Shown here: one piece after another, positions 9,885 through 19,298 of the stretch
How positions within the stretch are numbered: position 1 is the first letter of the stretch
Layout: each line of letters begins with the position of its first letter
Assembly (NCBI GenBank): GCA_000002435.2
Contig: CM018792.1
Length of the DNA: 64,000 nucleotides
Source: Giardia intestinalis
Taxonomy: Eukaryota
Reading direction: 5' to 3' (one strand)
Notes under the pieces: generated by a model
What the model was told of the DNA's origin: nothing
What the model saw: the letters and a program-made list of their open reading frames with translations, nothing else
Databases searched by the model: none
Position numbers and translations under genes: made by a program

Positions 9885-10583
9885 TTAAATATAGGGTAAG
9901 CCGCTCCTGGGACCCACGGGATCGCGAGTGTCGGGCCGTGCAGGCTCCCATATGGCATTTGGTGGAAGGTGCTTAGGTCTTTTGACTCCCTGGAGTGGAT
10001 CAGCAAAGTCGCCTAGCCCATCCGGAAAACAGGGGTCTGGACTCGGCTCGTTACTTTTATGAAACATAGGGTGATTAAGTCCGATTAAGTTTCCGTTTTT
10101 CTCCAAATCAAGAGGACCACTGAAAGCTGTTTTCTTCACAGGCAATTTTCCAATCACCGCGCTACCCTGTGGCAACTTGCTTTGAACTTGATTATTGGAC
10201 TGGAAGCCCATAGGGGCATCGCTAGTGCTACTGTTGACGGCGGAGGGCCTGTGTGAGAGAGACATCCCTGACATCCCAACGGCCTTCCAAGCCGATAGAA
10301 ACTCTTGTATTCGGTCCAGCATTGACTCGTCACGAGCTACGATGCATTGCATACTAGATGCATCCTTTTCAAGGAGCACAGTGACGGTATCCTTCTCCGG
10401 GTCTTCTGCGGCGGTGAGGTACGCAACGGCGAAGTTCGGCAGGCTGATCTTCTCCTTTTTGAGAGGCAAGGGTCCTATTTCCTTTAAGCCCAACGTGCTA
10501 GAGATAGCGCTGCAAATGGCATCGCTAGACATATTGGTTTTTTGCGGCAATCGACAGGCATAACAGTCTGCGAGTATACCCAT
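9885..10583 (-). CDS. Hypothetical protein (232 aa).
   Basis: An ATG-initiated ORF in a gene-dense context. No confident family assignment from the sequence alone. Confidence 0.4.
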   Translation of the reverse strand: MGILADCYACRLPQKTNMSSDAICSAISSTLGLKEIGPLPLKKEKISLPNFAVAYLTAAEDPEKDTVTVLLEKDASSMQCIVARDESMLDRIQEFLSAWKAVGMSGMSLSHRPSAVNSSTSDAPMGFQSNNQVQSKLPQGSAVIGKLPVKKTAFSGPLDLEKNGNLIGLNHPMFHKSNEPSPDPCFPDGLGDFADPLQGVKRPKHLPPNAIWEPARPDTRDPVGPRSGLPYI

Positions 10584-11216
10584 CTACGGCATAACACTAT
10601 GGCTATCTTCTGGATCTCCAGATTTGCTCATACATGCTTCAGGTCCCTCTCAGTCTTTCTCTTTCACTTTGTAAGAGATCTTAGACATCCTAAGGATCGG
10701 GTGAAGTGTAGACCATACACTTTCAATCACGAGTCATGCTTGCGTGAGCTTAGGTCAGTAGCCAACATCTATGTGGAGGTAGATAACTCTATGGGCCACG
10801 CAGACTTTGAGGATGAGGCAGACCAGTGTTGGATTCTCGCTGTGCCTTGGCTCCTGCAGCCCTGCCTTGTTCAACATAAGCGTCCCCTCGTGGCCATCAC
10901 ATCGTTGACTGCGCAGCTTGAGCATCTCCGCAGATGTTCGATAGAAGCCGGCCAGCAGTTAGCACTTTGTTTCCTCGGAGTCACATACAGTGCCACGGCC
11001 GATGGCAAGACAGATTAATCACGTCCCGGAATGCGCCACTCCTATGCCCGCTGCTCTCACAGCCGTCGCCGGCCCCCAGGTAGTCAACGACCGTGGTGAC
11101 ACCAGCATACATACTTCTGCCTTGTTTACTAGGAGAAGGGCTGTATTGTCCCAGCACGATAGAAACTGGGTACGCATACAAGCAAGGCAGACAGGAGAAG
11201 ACATTGATCTGCGCCG

Positions 11217-13253
11217 TCACAGAAGATCCGGCTCCTCTAGAAGGAACTCGTTGTGGCTCTCTGACCCGGAATTTATGCTGCGTAATTTGCTAACTCGGAC
11301 CCCCCGCTTCTTCGCAAGCTTGACGAGGAACGGAGTAGCCACGATGAAACCGACGATGATGAGGCCCAAGATAACAATCGTAGAGATGAGTCCTGCACCC
11401 CTGCTGGAGAAGTTAGAGTCCAGCTTACCGCAGTAGAGACCCATGACTGAGCTGATGGCGAAAACCTGGCCAGACGTGCACCGATCGCAAGAGACCAGCT
11501 TCTTGCTGTTTGCCATATAGGACGCACATTCGCTCGGACACGTTAGACACGTATCCCCTTCAGCGAAATAGTATCCCTGCACACACACGCCAGACTCACA
11601 AGTAGTGTCTGTGCACTCTCCCTTGCAGCCTTCCAAGCACGGGGAGCACCGATCTCCATCAACTGAAATGCCATAGCCGGCTAGGCACTCGCTGCATGCA
11701 GAGCCGTCATATGTATAGACCTTGCAATTCTCTACTTGTCCTTTCGCACACTTCTGATCATCAGGTGATATGTAAAATCCTAGTTTGCAAGTGCCGCAAT
11801 ACTTTGCTGTTTCTGCGCACAGCTCACAGTTGGGATCCTCACACTTTTCCAACGTATTCTTGTAGCTATCATACCGATAGCCATTGAATCCTAGTATGCA
11901 GTTCGAAATCTCCGGTCCCTTGCACAACTGACAGTTATCCACACACTTCTTGCACGCACCGTCAGCTACGTAAAAGCCGCCCCGACACGTGCTGCAGCCT
12001 TTGGTTGGATCTGTGGTATTATCCGCGTGGAGACAGTTCTCTATCACCAAGCCCACTTTAACGCATGTGCCATTCTGCAGGACAAAGCCATCATCGCAAT
12101 TGGTGCAGTTTGTCGCAGTGTTCTCACAAGCAAGGCAGTTGTCGTCGCACCGGACACAGAGGTTGTCGTACAAGTAGTAGCCAGGCAAGCATTCAGTGCA
12201 GCGGAAGCGGTCGCTGCATCCTATACAGTTCATGATGGCCCCGTAGCAGGGGACGCAAAAGCCGTTTTCTAAAAACTCGTTACTCTTACAACTTTTGGTC
12301 GGTAGATCAGAGCACCAAATGCCATATATCTTTGGTCCTACCGTGAGTTGGGACGAGTCCGTACACCGGGTACAAACAGGAATGCTGTGTGCCTCGTCGT
12401 AGTAGCAGTCGGCACAATTAGTTGGACACTTGGCACACACCTTTGCGTACGAATGGTAATAGTAACCTTGTGCGCAGCCAGTGGAGAGACATTTGCCAGG
12501 AAACTGGCGCTCATCATCGGCGCAGATAGCGCAGCCTTGCTGACACGCCTGGCAGGTACTGTCAGAAGTGAGGGCATAGCCGGGCATGCAGAAAGTGCAC
12601 TTGCTGGAATCGCACGTGCTGCAATTGCCAGTACAACTTACACATGTTGCTGATTGTGACGTTGTTGATGGCGTAGAAAGCCTATAACCTGGCTTGCAGA
12701 CAGTGCATGCTCCATCATCTGCGCAAGTGTCACAGTTAGTACCGGTACAGGCAGCTGGACTCTTCGTCGAGGGGTTAACATAGTACCCTGAGGCGGCCCT
12801 CGTGCACTCAGTGGCGCTCTTGCAGGATAGACAGTTATCAGCACACTTTGTGCAGGGGGTTGATCCCGCGCCCGAGTGGAAGTACCCCTCTGCGCAGGTC
12901 ATGCACTTTCCTGTGTCATGGACGCACTTGCTACACCCTGTATATAAGTCCTTGGGCTCCTTGCATGTCCCGTCCTGTGCTCTGCAGTGGGCCTCGCTGC
13001 ACGCCGTGCACTTCCCCGGGCCGGTGCAGCGCTCACAGGTGGGATCGCACGGCTTGCAGTACCCTCCCTCGAGATACGCCCCGGAAGCGCACCTCGTGCA
13101 CGCGCCTGCCCCGGTGCACTCCAGGCACCACTTTATCGCCGCAGCGCACTCAACACACATGCTCCCGGTCAGGTAGTGGTTTTTGGGGCAGCTCATCTTC
13201 CCTCCACGCGAAGGCGCGGTGGCCAGAGCGACGAGCACCACCAACGCATGCAT
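11217..13253 (-). CDS. High-cysteine membrane protein (HCMP, VSP-like but without a CRGKA tail).
   Basis: It has a signal peptide (MHALVVLVALATAPS), dozens of CXXC/CXC motifs and a GGYC motif. A single C-terminal TM (LISTIVILGLIIVGFIVA) is followed by a ~40 aa cytoplasmic tail that does not end in CRGKA. The track start is a TTG; the ATG is at 13251-13253. Confidence 0.75.
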   Translation of the reverse strand: MHALVVLVALATAPSRGGKMSCPKNHYLTGSMCVECAAAIKWCLECTGAGACTRCASGAYLEGGYCKPCDPTCERCTGPGKCTACSEAHCRAQDGTCKEPKDLYTGCSKCVHDTGKCMTCAEGYFHSGAGSTPCTKCADNCLSCKSATECTRAASGYYVNPSTKSPAACTGTNCDTCADDGACTVCKPGYRLSTPSTTSQSATCVSCTGNCSTCDSSKCTFCMPGYALTSDSTCQACQQGCAICADDERQFPGKCLSTGCAQGYYYHSYAKVCAKCPTNCADCYYDEAHSIPVCTRCTDSSQLTVGPKIYGIWCSDLPTKSCKSNEFLENGFCVPCYGAIMNCIGCSDRFRCTECLPGYYLYDNLCVRCDDNCLACENTATNCTNCDDGFVLQNGTCVKVGLVIENCLHADNTTDPTKGCSTCRGGFYVADGACKKCVDNCQLCKGPEISNCILGFNGYRYDSYKNTLEKCEDPNCELCAETAKYCGTCKLGFYISPDDQKCAKGQVENCKVYTYDGSACSECLAGYGISVDGDRCSPCLEGCKGECTDTTCESGVCVQGYYFAEGDTCLTCPSECASYMANSKKLVSCDRCTSGQVFAISSVMGLYCGKLDSNFSSRGAGLISTIVILGLIIVGFIVATPFLVKLAKKRGVRVSKLRSINSGSESHNEFLLEEPDLL

Positions 13254-13857
13254 CAACAGCTGTCTAAAAGTATTAATTTTTAATCTTAGATCGTGTTATC
13301 AGTGGAAGTAGTGTTCGGATTATATGAAAGAGGCTCGCACATGACACAATCACCAAGGAGCAGATCACATCTCGGGTGGTCGGTGACCGAGGCCTGTGCG
13401 AACCCATTACAGGGGCGGCCCTATAACGGATGGGCTGCTCTCGGACAAGTCGCCCCATGCTTCTAGTGTCAGGCAGCACGCTACTGTACTTTGTAAGGTA
13501 GCCTTGGCCACGCACTGGCACACTAAGACACGATAATCGCCTTTGACATTAACTACTCGCCTAGAAGGCACGGGTTGGATGCCCTGTGCGATAAGCGTGT
13601 GCAGATCTGAGTCATGGCGCCACAAGTGACGAGCCGGCCACGGAGGGCCTTTGCGGACAGAACGAGTCTGACCTGTCCAGGGCTAACCCCACAGCTTCTG
13701 CTTGCCGAACAGGGGTATCTACTGACTAGATAGTAGGTCAGGTATGCCGGTCGCGGTGCTGGCTCTCAGTCTGCAACTGGGAGGCCAGCGGCCAACAGAG
13801 AGACAGTCCGTACCATTTTAAAGTAAAATCGTCGGGGAAAATCTGCTGCGGCGACAG

Positions 13858-14229
13858 ATGCCCTTCAGCCCCATTTCCGCGCCCGAGTACGAGACAAACG
13901 ACTGGTATGAGCCGACCGCCTCTGCGCTGAAGAAGATCAACGAGGCCGGGGAGCTGGAGCTCATCACGTTCCACGGGCCGTGGTGCAAGGACTGCCAGTA
14001 CAGCATCCCCGTCTTCAACAGGATCATGACGTACGTGACGAACGACAAGATCAAGGTCACCGTCGCCACCGTCGACAAGGAGACCCGCACGGACAGCGCC
14101 GGCCTTTGCGAGAAGTACGGCGTCAAGAAGGTCCCGTCCTGGGTCGTCCTCCGCGGGGGGAAGGAGATCGGCCGGATCGTCGAGAACTTCACGGTCTCCT
14201 TCGACGAGGACGTGGCCGCCATGCTCTAG
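13858..14229 (+). CDS. Thioredoxin-fold protein with a WCxxC active site.
   Basis: The active site is WCKDC (13981-13995). A thioredoxin-like C-terminal block (YGVKKVPSWVVLRGGKEIGRIV) matches the VPT..FKNG..V.R..G pattern. The gene is extremely GC-rich (~70 %). Confidence 0.65.
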   Translation: MPFSPISAPEYETNDWYEPTASALKKINEAGELELITFHGPWCKDCQYSIPVFNRIMTYVTNDKIKVTVATVDKETRTDSAGLCEKYGVKKVPSWVVLRGGKEIGRIVENFTVSFDEDVAAML

Positions 14230-14270
14230 GCCTTCCACCAGGAGTGAATTCTTTTGGCGCTTGTACGCTC

Positions 14271-14615
14271 ATGGAGAGTCCTTGCGGTTCGGGGGCGCGG
14301 CGGCTGGACGTGCTTGCGTTCATGCCAGACGAGCGCACGCAGAGGCTCCTCGTGGCCCAGAGGCAGCAGGAGTTCTCGGCGGCCGTTGTAGCACATCAGC
14401 CGCGGATCGCCGAGGTGCGCGTCCAGATGCACAACCTGCGGGACAGAGAGGGCTACGCCGTAAGGTATGGGGTCACGGCGGTCCCCACTTGGGTCTTTCT
14501 GCGCGATGGACAAGAGCTCGGGAGAATTGTTTGTGAGCCCCGAGGCTCGTTTGCAGAAGAGATAGGAAGAATCCTGGCCGCATCCACCCAGGAGCAAGAC
14601 AGAGAGAACAGCTAG
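14271..14615 (+). CDS. Tandem paralog of the upstream thioredoxin-fold gene that has lost the CxxC cysteines (predicted redox-inactive).
   Basis: It aligns to the upstream copy (YGVTAVPTWVFLRDGQELGRIV versus YGVKKVPSWVVLRGGKEIGRIV). Where the first copy has FHGPWCKDCQ, this one has FMPDERTQ. The track ORF 13980..14615 is the same frame read back through the upstream gene. Confidence 0.5.
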   Translation: MESPCGSGARRLDVLAFMPDERTQRLLVAQRQQEFSAAVVAHQPRIAEVRVQMHNLRDREGYAVRYGVTAVPTWVFLRDGQELGRIVCEPRGSFAEEIGRILAASTQEQDRENS

Positions 14616-14648
14616 AGGGACCCGTGTCGGCCGCTCGTCAAAAAACAA

Positions 14649-17291
14649 ATGGCGTCTCTATGCTGCGTCGCATGCGCCAACCTTGTTCGCCCAGGAGCCC
14701 ATAGGATCCTGTGTCCGCTGTGTAAACTTGAATTGGAAACCCACGCACACAAACGCCAGGAATTAAAATGTCAGTCGTGCATCCTAACAGAGCACTTCGC
14801 AGACGACAAGCATAGCGCGGCCCACAAGAGCCTCATCTTAAAGGCGTACGTCTCAATGGAGCAAGCCCGGACCAAGGCGGAGGCTAGCCTGTACCTTGCA
14901 GAGAGCAAGAAGACGAGCATCGAGGAGAAGATCGATCGCAACGAGCTTGACAGGTTTGGCAGAGTGGCCACGACGATAGAACAGGCGCTCGAAGTCCAGA
15001 TCAGCAAGCTCGAAAAGATCACCGAGGAGAACTTCCTGGCGTCCGAGCTGTGGGTGCGGAACATGAAGGCCCGCCTGGCCTCCGTCTACCAGGGATGCAT
15101 AGCAAGCAATCAGGCAACGGTCGACTTCATTGCCCAGAGGGCTGGAAACCTGGTCTTCATGTCGACTGCGGCTGAGCTTCTCGCGTCCATGGAGGATCTC
15201 GCCACCAGACACATGCACCAGCTTGCCAGCTCCTCCACTGATCGCTCCGCACCAGCTGCCCATGCTCCCACTGGCCCTCTTATCTCGCTCATCCGCCAGA
15301 ATGTCATGGATACGCTCTCGGCGTCTTTACCGCTGTTCAAGTCTCACCACAACATCAAGGGCATCCTAGACTCCGTCGCCCTAGCAAAGAATATATACGT
15401 GGGCCACGCAGACCTATTCAAAATCCACATTCTCAAGACTGGTCTGTACGTCTTGCCTGCCGCATTGGTACTTCCCCCCAGAACAACCCTGGGCGGGGCT
15501 TCCAGCAGGGGCGGGACAGACGTCGCAGAGCAGAAGGCGCAGTGCAGGTTTGAGTCCCGCGTCACCCAGTCCCTTACCGCTAACAGGAAGCGTCGCTCTG
15601 TTGTGTACGGCACCGTCATACTCACAGACAATAGCACGATCTTCAACCTTCACATAATAGGGAGAGTGTACGTCATCGGAAGCAACGCGAACATCATCAA
15701 CTGCACGATCGAGTCCACGCCCGCCTACTCTTCAGAGTCCTTCACAGACCGGTACACGGGGCTACCCGGGTGTCCCATAGCGTCAAGGGACCGCTCCATG
15801 GCGTCGTCTGTCCCCCGGCTCCAGAAGCTGCTGAGGTCTTCGTCTCCCAACAACCTCTCGCTGGCAGCCATCTCGCAGGCTCTAGAAAGAGTGGGGGTGA
15901 CTCTAACTGCGGATTCGCTGGCGCACTTGGAGCGTGATCTTGCTACCATTAACCCGTGTCTCGTCGTGACCAACAGGTCTACGAGTACGCTACTGATTAA
16001 GTCCAGGATTAACTCGAATAGTTTGGCGAGCCTTCCATTCAGTCTGTCGCACAAGCTTCCCGAGAGCGAAAGCAGCCTGTATGTTGGGCCAAGGTGCCCC
16101 GTTCTTGTATCCTCGGCGTCCCAGCTGTACATTCATGGCTCCTCTGTCTTCTGCACACAAATCAACCCCCTCGCGATGACCACGAGCTTTCGAACCGTGG
16201 CGTTATCCCCCATCTTAGAACTCGACACGCAAAGAAGCTTGATGAACAGCGCTATCAGTCGCACACAGGGCTTTGGCGGACAAGGCAGCAGACATCCCAG
16301 GGAGTCCCGCAGCCTAGAGGCCGCCGAGGAGCCAGCCAAGAACCTTCCCTTCATGCTCACGCCAGACAGGTTTCTCAGGGATAGAGAGATGATTGTGAAG
16401 GGGTCCCTCATTGTCGTCAAGGAGGGCTCCCATCTAGCAATGAGTGATACTCACCTGTTCAACTCCTTTGTGGGGGTGTACACTTCCGATGGCTCCGTCC
16501 ACGCCAACACGTGCTTCATCAATAACTGCTGCGTGGGGGCGATTGTGGCGAACGACGCATACGATGCGCGGTTTGTCTACACTGTGTTTAGCGAAAATGG
16601 CATTGGTGTCATGATGCACAGGCTCAGGAACACATCAGCCCTCTACTTGTCGCGCTACGAGATGAGCTCCGTCTGCGGGCTTGTCATATCCAACACGGCC
16701 ATAGACACGAACATCAACTACAAGTACCGGGTGTCGGAGCAGAGAGCAGCCCCTGCTCCGGAAGCCCCTAGCCCAGCAGAGCAGGAGGAGGACAGCATCA
16801 TTGGGGGATCTCTAGTCTTCGACACAGTGCCCTCATCTGTGGTGCAGTCCCAATCAGGGGAGGCCACCGGAAAGCCCATGTACGGTACCCTGTCTCTTCG
16901 GACGTCCCCCGTTCTAACAAAGTCCACTCACCTCACGAGCGCAACGAAGCTGCCGGAGCACCATTGCATCCTCGTGAGCAAATGCGACTACCAAGCCTCG
17001 AACGTGTCCTCCCTTGCCATTGTCGAGGAGCATGCAGGCCACCACTCCATCAACACTGCGAGCTGCATACTGCTGCACAGGAACAGAATCGAAGTGACTC
17101 AGAAGCGAGCTCCTAGGAGATCCGTCATTCTTCAGGGGGAAAACGTTTCACAGTGGTTCACTAGCATTCCCGCGACAAACTGGATTATCCCCTCGGCAGA
17201 CCCCGGGGAGTACATAGAGATAATCCCGAGAGGGACCGACCTGGCGCAGATTCTGTCAACAAATCTAGTCAGCAATACGGCGACAATCTAG
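14649..17291 (+). CDS. Large protein with an N-terminal Cys/His zinc-finger-like motif, a coiled-coil and parallel beta-helix (PbH1/CASH-like) repeats; hypothetical.
   Basis: The N-terminus reads CCVACANLVRPGAHRILCPLC...C..C...H. An E/K-rich coiled-coil of ~100 aa follows. Further on are repetitive I/V/N/G-rich units (NTCFINNCCVGAIVANDAYDARFVYTVFSENGIGVMMHRLRNTSALYLS, VISNTAIDTNINY) typical of right-handed beta-helix repeats. Confidence 0.5.
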   Translation: MASLCCVACANLVRPGAHRILCPLCKLELETHAHKRQELKCQSCILTEHFADDKHSAAHKSLILKAYVSMEQARTKAEASLYLAESKKTSIEEKIDRNELDRFGRVATTIEQALEVQISKLEKITEENFLASELWVRNMKARLASVYQGCIASNQATVDFIAQRAGNLVFMSTAAELLASMEDLATRHMHQLASSSTDRSAPAAHAPTGPLISLIRQNVMDTLSASLPLFKSHHNIKGILDSVALAKNIYVGHADLFKIHILKTGLYVLPAALVLPPRTTLGGASSRGGTDVAEQKAQCRFESRVTQSLTANRKRRSVVYGTVILTDNSTIFNLHIIGRVYVIGSNANIINCTIESTPAYSSESFTDRYTGLPGCPIASRDRSMASSVPRLQKLLRSSSPNNLSLAAISQALERVGVTLTADSLAHLERDLATINPCLVVTNRSTSTLLIKSRINSNSLASLPFSLSHKLPESESSLYVGPRCPVLVSSASQLYIHGSSVFCTQINPLAMTTSFRTVALSPILELDTQRSLMNSAISRTQGFGGQGSRHPRESRSLEAAEEPAKNLPFMLTPDRFLRDREMIVKGSLIVVKEGSHLAMSDTHLFNSFVGVYTSDGSVHANTCFINNCCVGAIVANDAYDARFVYTVFSENGIGVMMHRLRNTSALYLSRYEMSSVCGLVISNTAIDTNINYKYRVSEQRAAPAPEAPSPAEQEEDSIIGGSLVFDTVPSSVVQSQSGEATGKPMYGTLSLRTSPVLTKSTHLTSATKLPEHHCILVSKCDYQASNVSSLAIVEEHAGHHSINTASCILLHRNRIEVTQKRAPRRSVILQGENVSQWFTSIPATNWIIPSADPGEYIEIIPRGTDLAQILSTNLVSNTATI

Positions 17292-18327
17292 GTCACAGGC
17301 GCGGATGTCGGAGGCCTAGAATGCTTTAGAGGGCACCAGAGGACAATCATCATTAGCTCTGAGTAGCAAGAACTGAGACTCTATTTAGGGCTGGTGCGTC
17401 TGGCGAAGGCATAGCAACAAGTGGTGTTTAGGTAAAGAATAACGCTCCCATCTCTGGACGGGTGTCTATGTCCATTTTGTATCTATAAAGGGCGTTGTCT
17501 GGCAGGAGGGAGAGGCGTCGATGAAGGAGGTTTGCATCTTGTACTCGCATAACACTAATCGTAGCCCTGGGCCCTCTTCTCAATTCGGAACGAATTAAGG
17601 AGTCTCTGCCGTAGGATGACCGAACTGGCCGTCATCTAAACCTCTGCATGAGCATAGCAGGTGCGAGCCAGTCAGCGCTTTTTCAGGGCATCCTCGTTGG
17701 GTCTGAGTGCTCACTAATAGTTTCTGCCTCTTCTTGTCTCGAGGTGTGTGTGCACTCGACAGCACCCGTGCAGGACGGCCGTCCCCACAGAGCTGCAGAC
17801 CCTGCCGCTCTGCGACGGGCCGGGCGGTGTGCCTGAGTGTGCCCCCGCTAAGGCTCTGGTTCCCGCAGTAGAGTCTGGGAGGGTGGTCCATGGGTCCAGA
17901 ACGAGCCTGCATACAAGGCAACTATCATGGCCGGCGGCACGAGGGGCCGTATCTCCCATCGAACCCTGCTGGGTGGTATCGTCATGGTGGATGAGTGAGG
18001 AGTAAGGATTCCAAAACTGGCTGAGACTTTTTGCAAAGTTTTATTCTCCTTAGTTGCTATTATGACTATTGAGACTGGTTCTTTAGATATCTGTATTTAA
18101 GTTTAAGGGTTGCATTTGTAAGTATCTACCGTATACTAGTAACTAGGTAATTATCATTAAGCGAGTGTTTGAAGTTTTCTTCTATAGAAAGAATTCTGCT
18201 TCGAGATTGGTTTTTGATTTTGCTAACAGATGCATTCAACGAAAACACTCTTTATTAGTTATAAAATCTAATATTATCTGTAATAGTCGGTATCATGATA
18301 TAATAAACACATCCAACCGAGACTTAA

Positions 18328-19047
18328 ATGTTGTTAGTGCCTCTCTACTTCATACTGGGCGTGCTTACAGCAACATGCACTGGCAGAGCACAGAATAACT
18401 GCGCAAATAATAAGTGCGAAATGCTCGGCGCTACCGAAATCTGCACCCAGTGTAACGCCGGGTATGTCCCCATCGGCGGCGTCTGCACTGCGCACAACGA
18501 TCAGGCCGTTGTCGCTGGGACCGGCGCCGGCTGCCAAAAGACAGGGGACACGGCTGTTGACGGGGGGTCCACCGTGTGTGAGAAGTGCACCGAGGCCAAC
18601 TACTTCCTCTTTATGGGCGGCTGCTACAAGACAGGCGAGGCCCCCGGAAATCTGATCTGCACGGCCGCAGCCTCTGGGAAGTGCAGCGCCTGTGTTGAGA
18701 ACGGGAATGTCTTCAAGAACAAGAATAGCAGCCCAACGCTCGGTACAGAGTGCATTCTGTGCTCAGACGACACAGGCTCGAATAACAACAAGGGCGTTGC
18801 TAACTGCGCGACGTGCACTGCCCCGTCGGCGGACTCGGGCACCGCCACCTGCAAGACGTGCTTGCCTGAGTTTGCTCTTGACGGGTCGGCGAATGCATGT
18901 ATATCTAACAGTGGTACTGGTGGAAACGTCAACAAGAGCGGCCTCTCCACTGGTGCTATTGCAGGAATCGCCGTGGCCGTTGTTATCGTCGTCGGGGGCC
19001 TTGTGGGCTTCCTCTGCTGGTGGTTCCTCTGCCGGGGAAAGGCGTAG
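18328..19047 (+). CDS. Variant-specific surface protein (VSP), short form (239 aa).
   Basis: It has a signal peptide, multiple CXXC motifs, a GGCY motif (FMGGCYKTG) and a C-terminal TM helix. The invariant VSP tail ...FLCWWFLCRGKA ends in CRGKA immediately before the stop codon. Confidence 0.85.
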   Translation: MLLVPLYFILGVLTATCTGRAQNNCANNKCEMLGATEICTQCNAGYVPIGGVCTAHNDQAVVAGTGAGCQKTGDTAVDGGSTVCEKCTEANYFLFMGGCYKTGEAPGNLICTAAASGKCSACVENGNVFKNKNSSPTLGTECILCSDDTGSNNNKGVANCATCTAPSADSGTATCKTCLPEFALDGSANACISNSGTGGNVNKSGLSTGAIAGIAVAVVIVVGGLVGFLCWWFLCRGKA

Positions 19048-19298
19048 ATTTAGATGTGACTTAGGTAGTAAACGTAGTATAGATGGATTCCGTGCTTGGC
19101 GACCGTCTGGCCACTGGGTCCCTGATGAAGATGAATTCATCTTATTTAAAAGGTGGCCATGCTCATCTCGAATGCTCTCCTGATCGTTTTCAGATGTTCG
19201 TTAGAGCAATCACCTAATATATGGAGCTTCAATAGGGACCTCATAAAAGTGATTCAGGGCAAAACAGGTCCAACTGAATTTCTTTTCAAACTTTCCAG

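Noticed and set aside
10584-11216. ORFs 10542..11018 (+), 10990..11436 (+) and several minus-strand ORFs in the spacer between two minus-strand genes
   Set aside because: They are overlapping and mutually exclusive, with no recognisable motifs, and straddle the HCMP 3' end. Considered an ordinary intergenic spacer.
11696-13283. Plus-strand ORFs of 60-140 aa antisense to the HCMP gene
   Set aside because: Low-complexity antisense frames of a Cys-codon-rich gene. They have no start or stop context of their own.
13738-14648. Antisense and out-of-frame ORFs over the thioredoxin-like genes (13738..14238 -, 13818..14222 -, 14226..14648 -, 13980..14615 +, 14261..14536 +)
   Set aside because: GC-richness artefacts. 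ORF 13980..14615 is simply the downstream paralog's frame read back through the upstream gene. Gene boundaries were set by ATGs and the thioredoxin homology.
17292-18327. Search for tRNA, snRNA or rRNA genes in the longest spacers (17292-18327, 53665-54000, 13257-13857)
   Set aside because: No T-loop GGTTCGANTCC-like motif, no box C/D pairs with clear spacing, and no rRNA-like segments were recognised by eye. A covariance-model search would be needed to exclude small ncRNAs.
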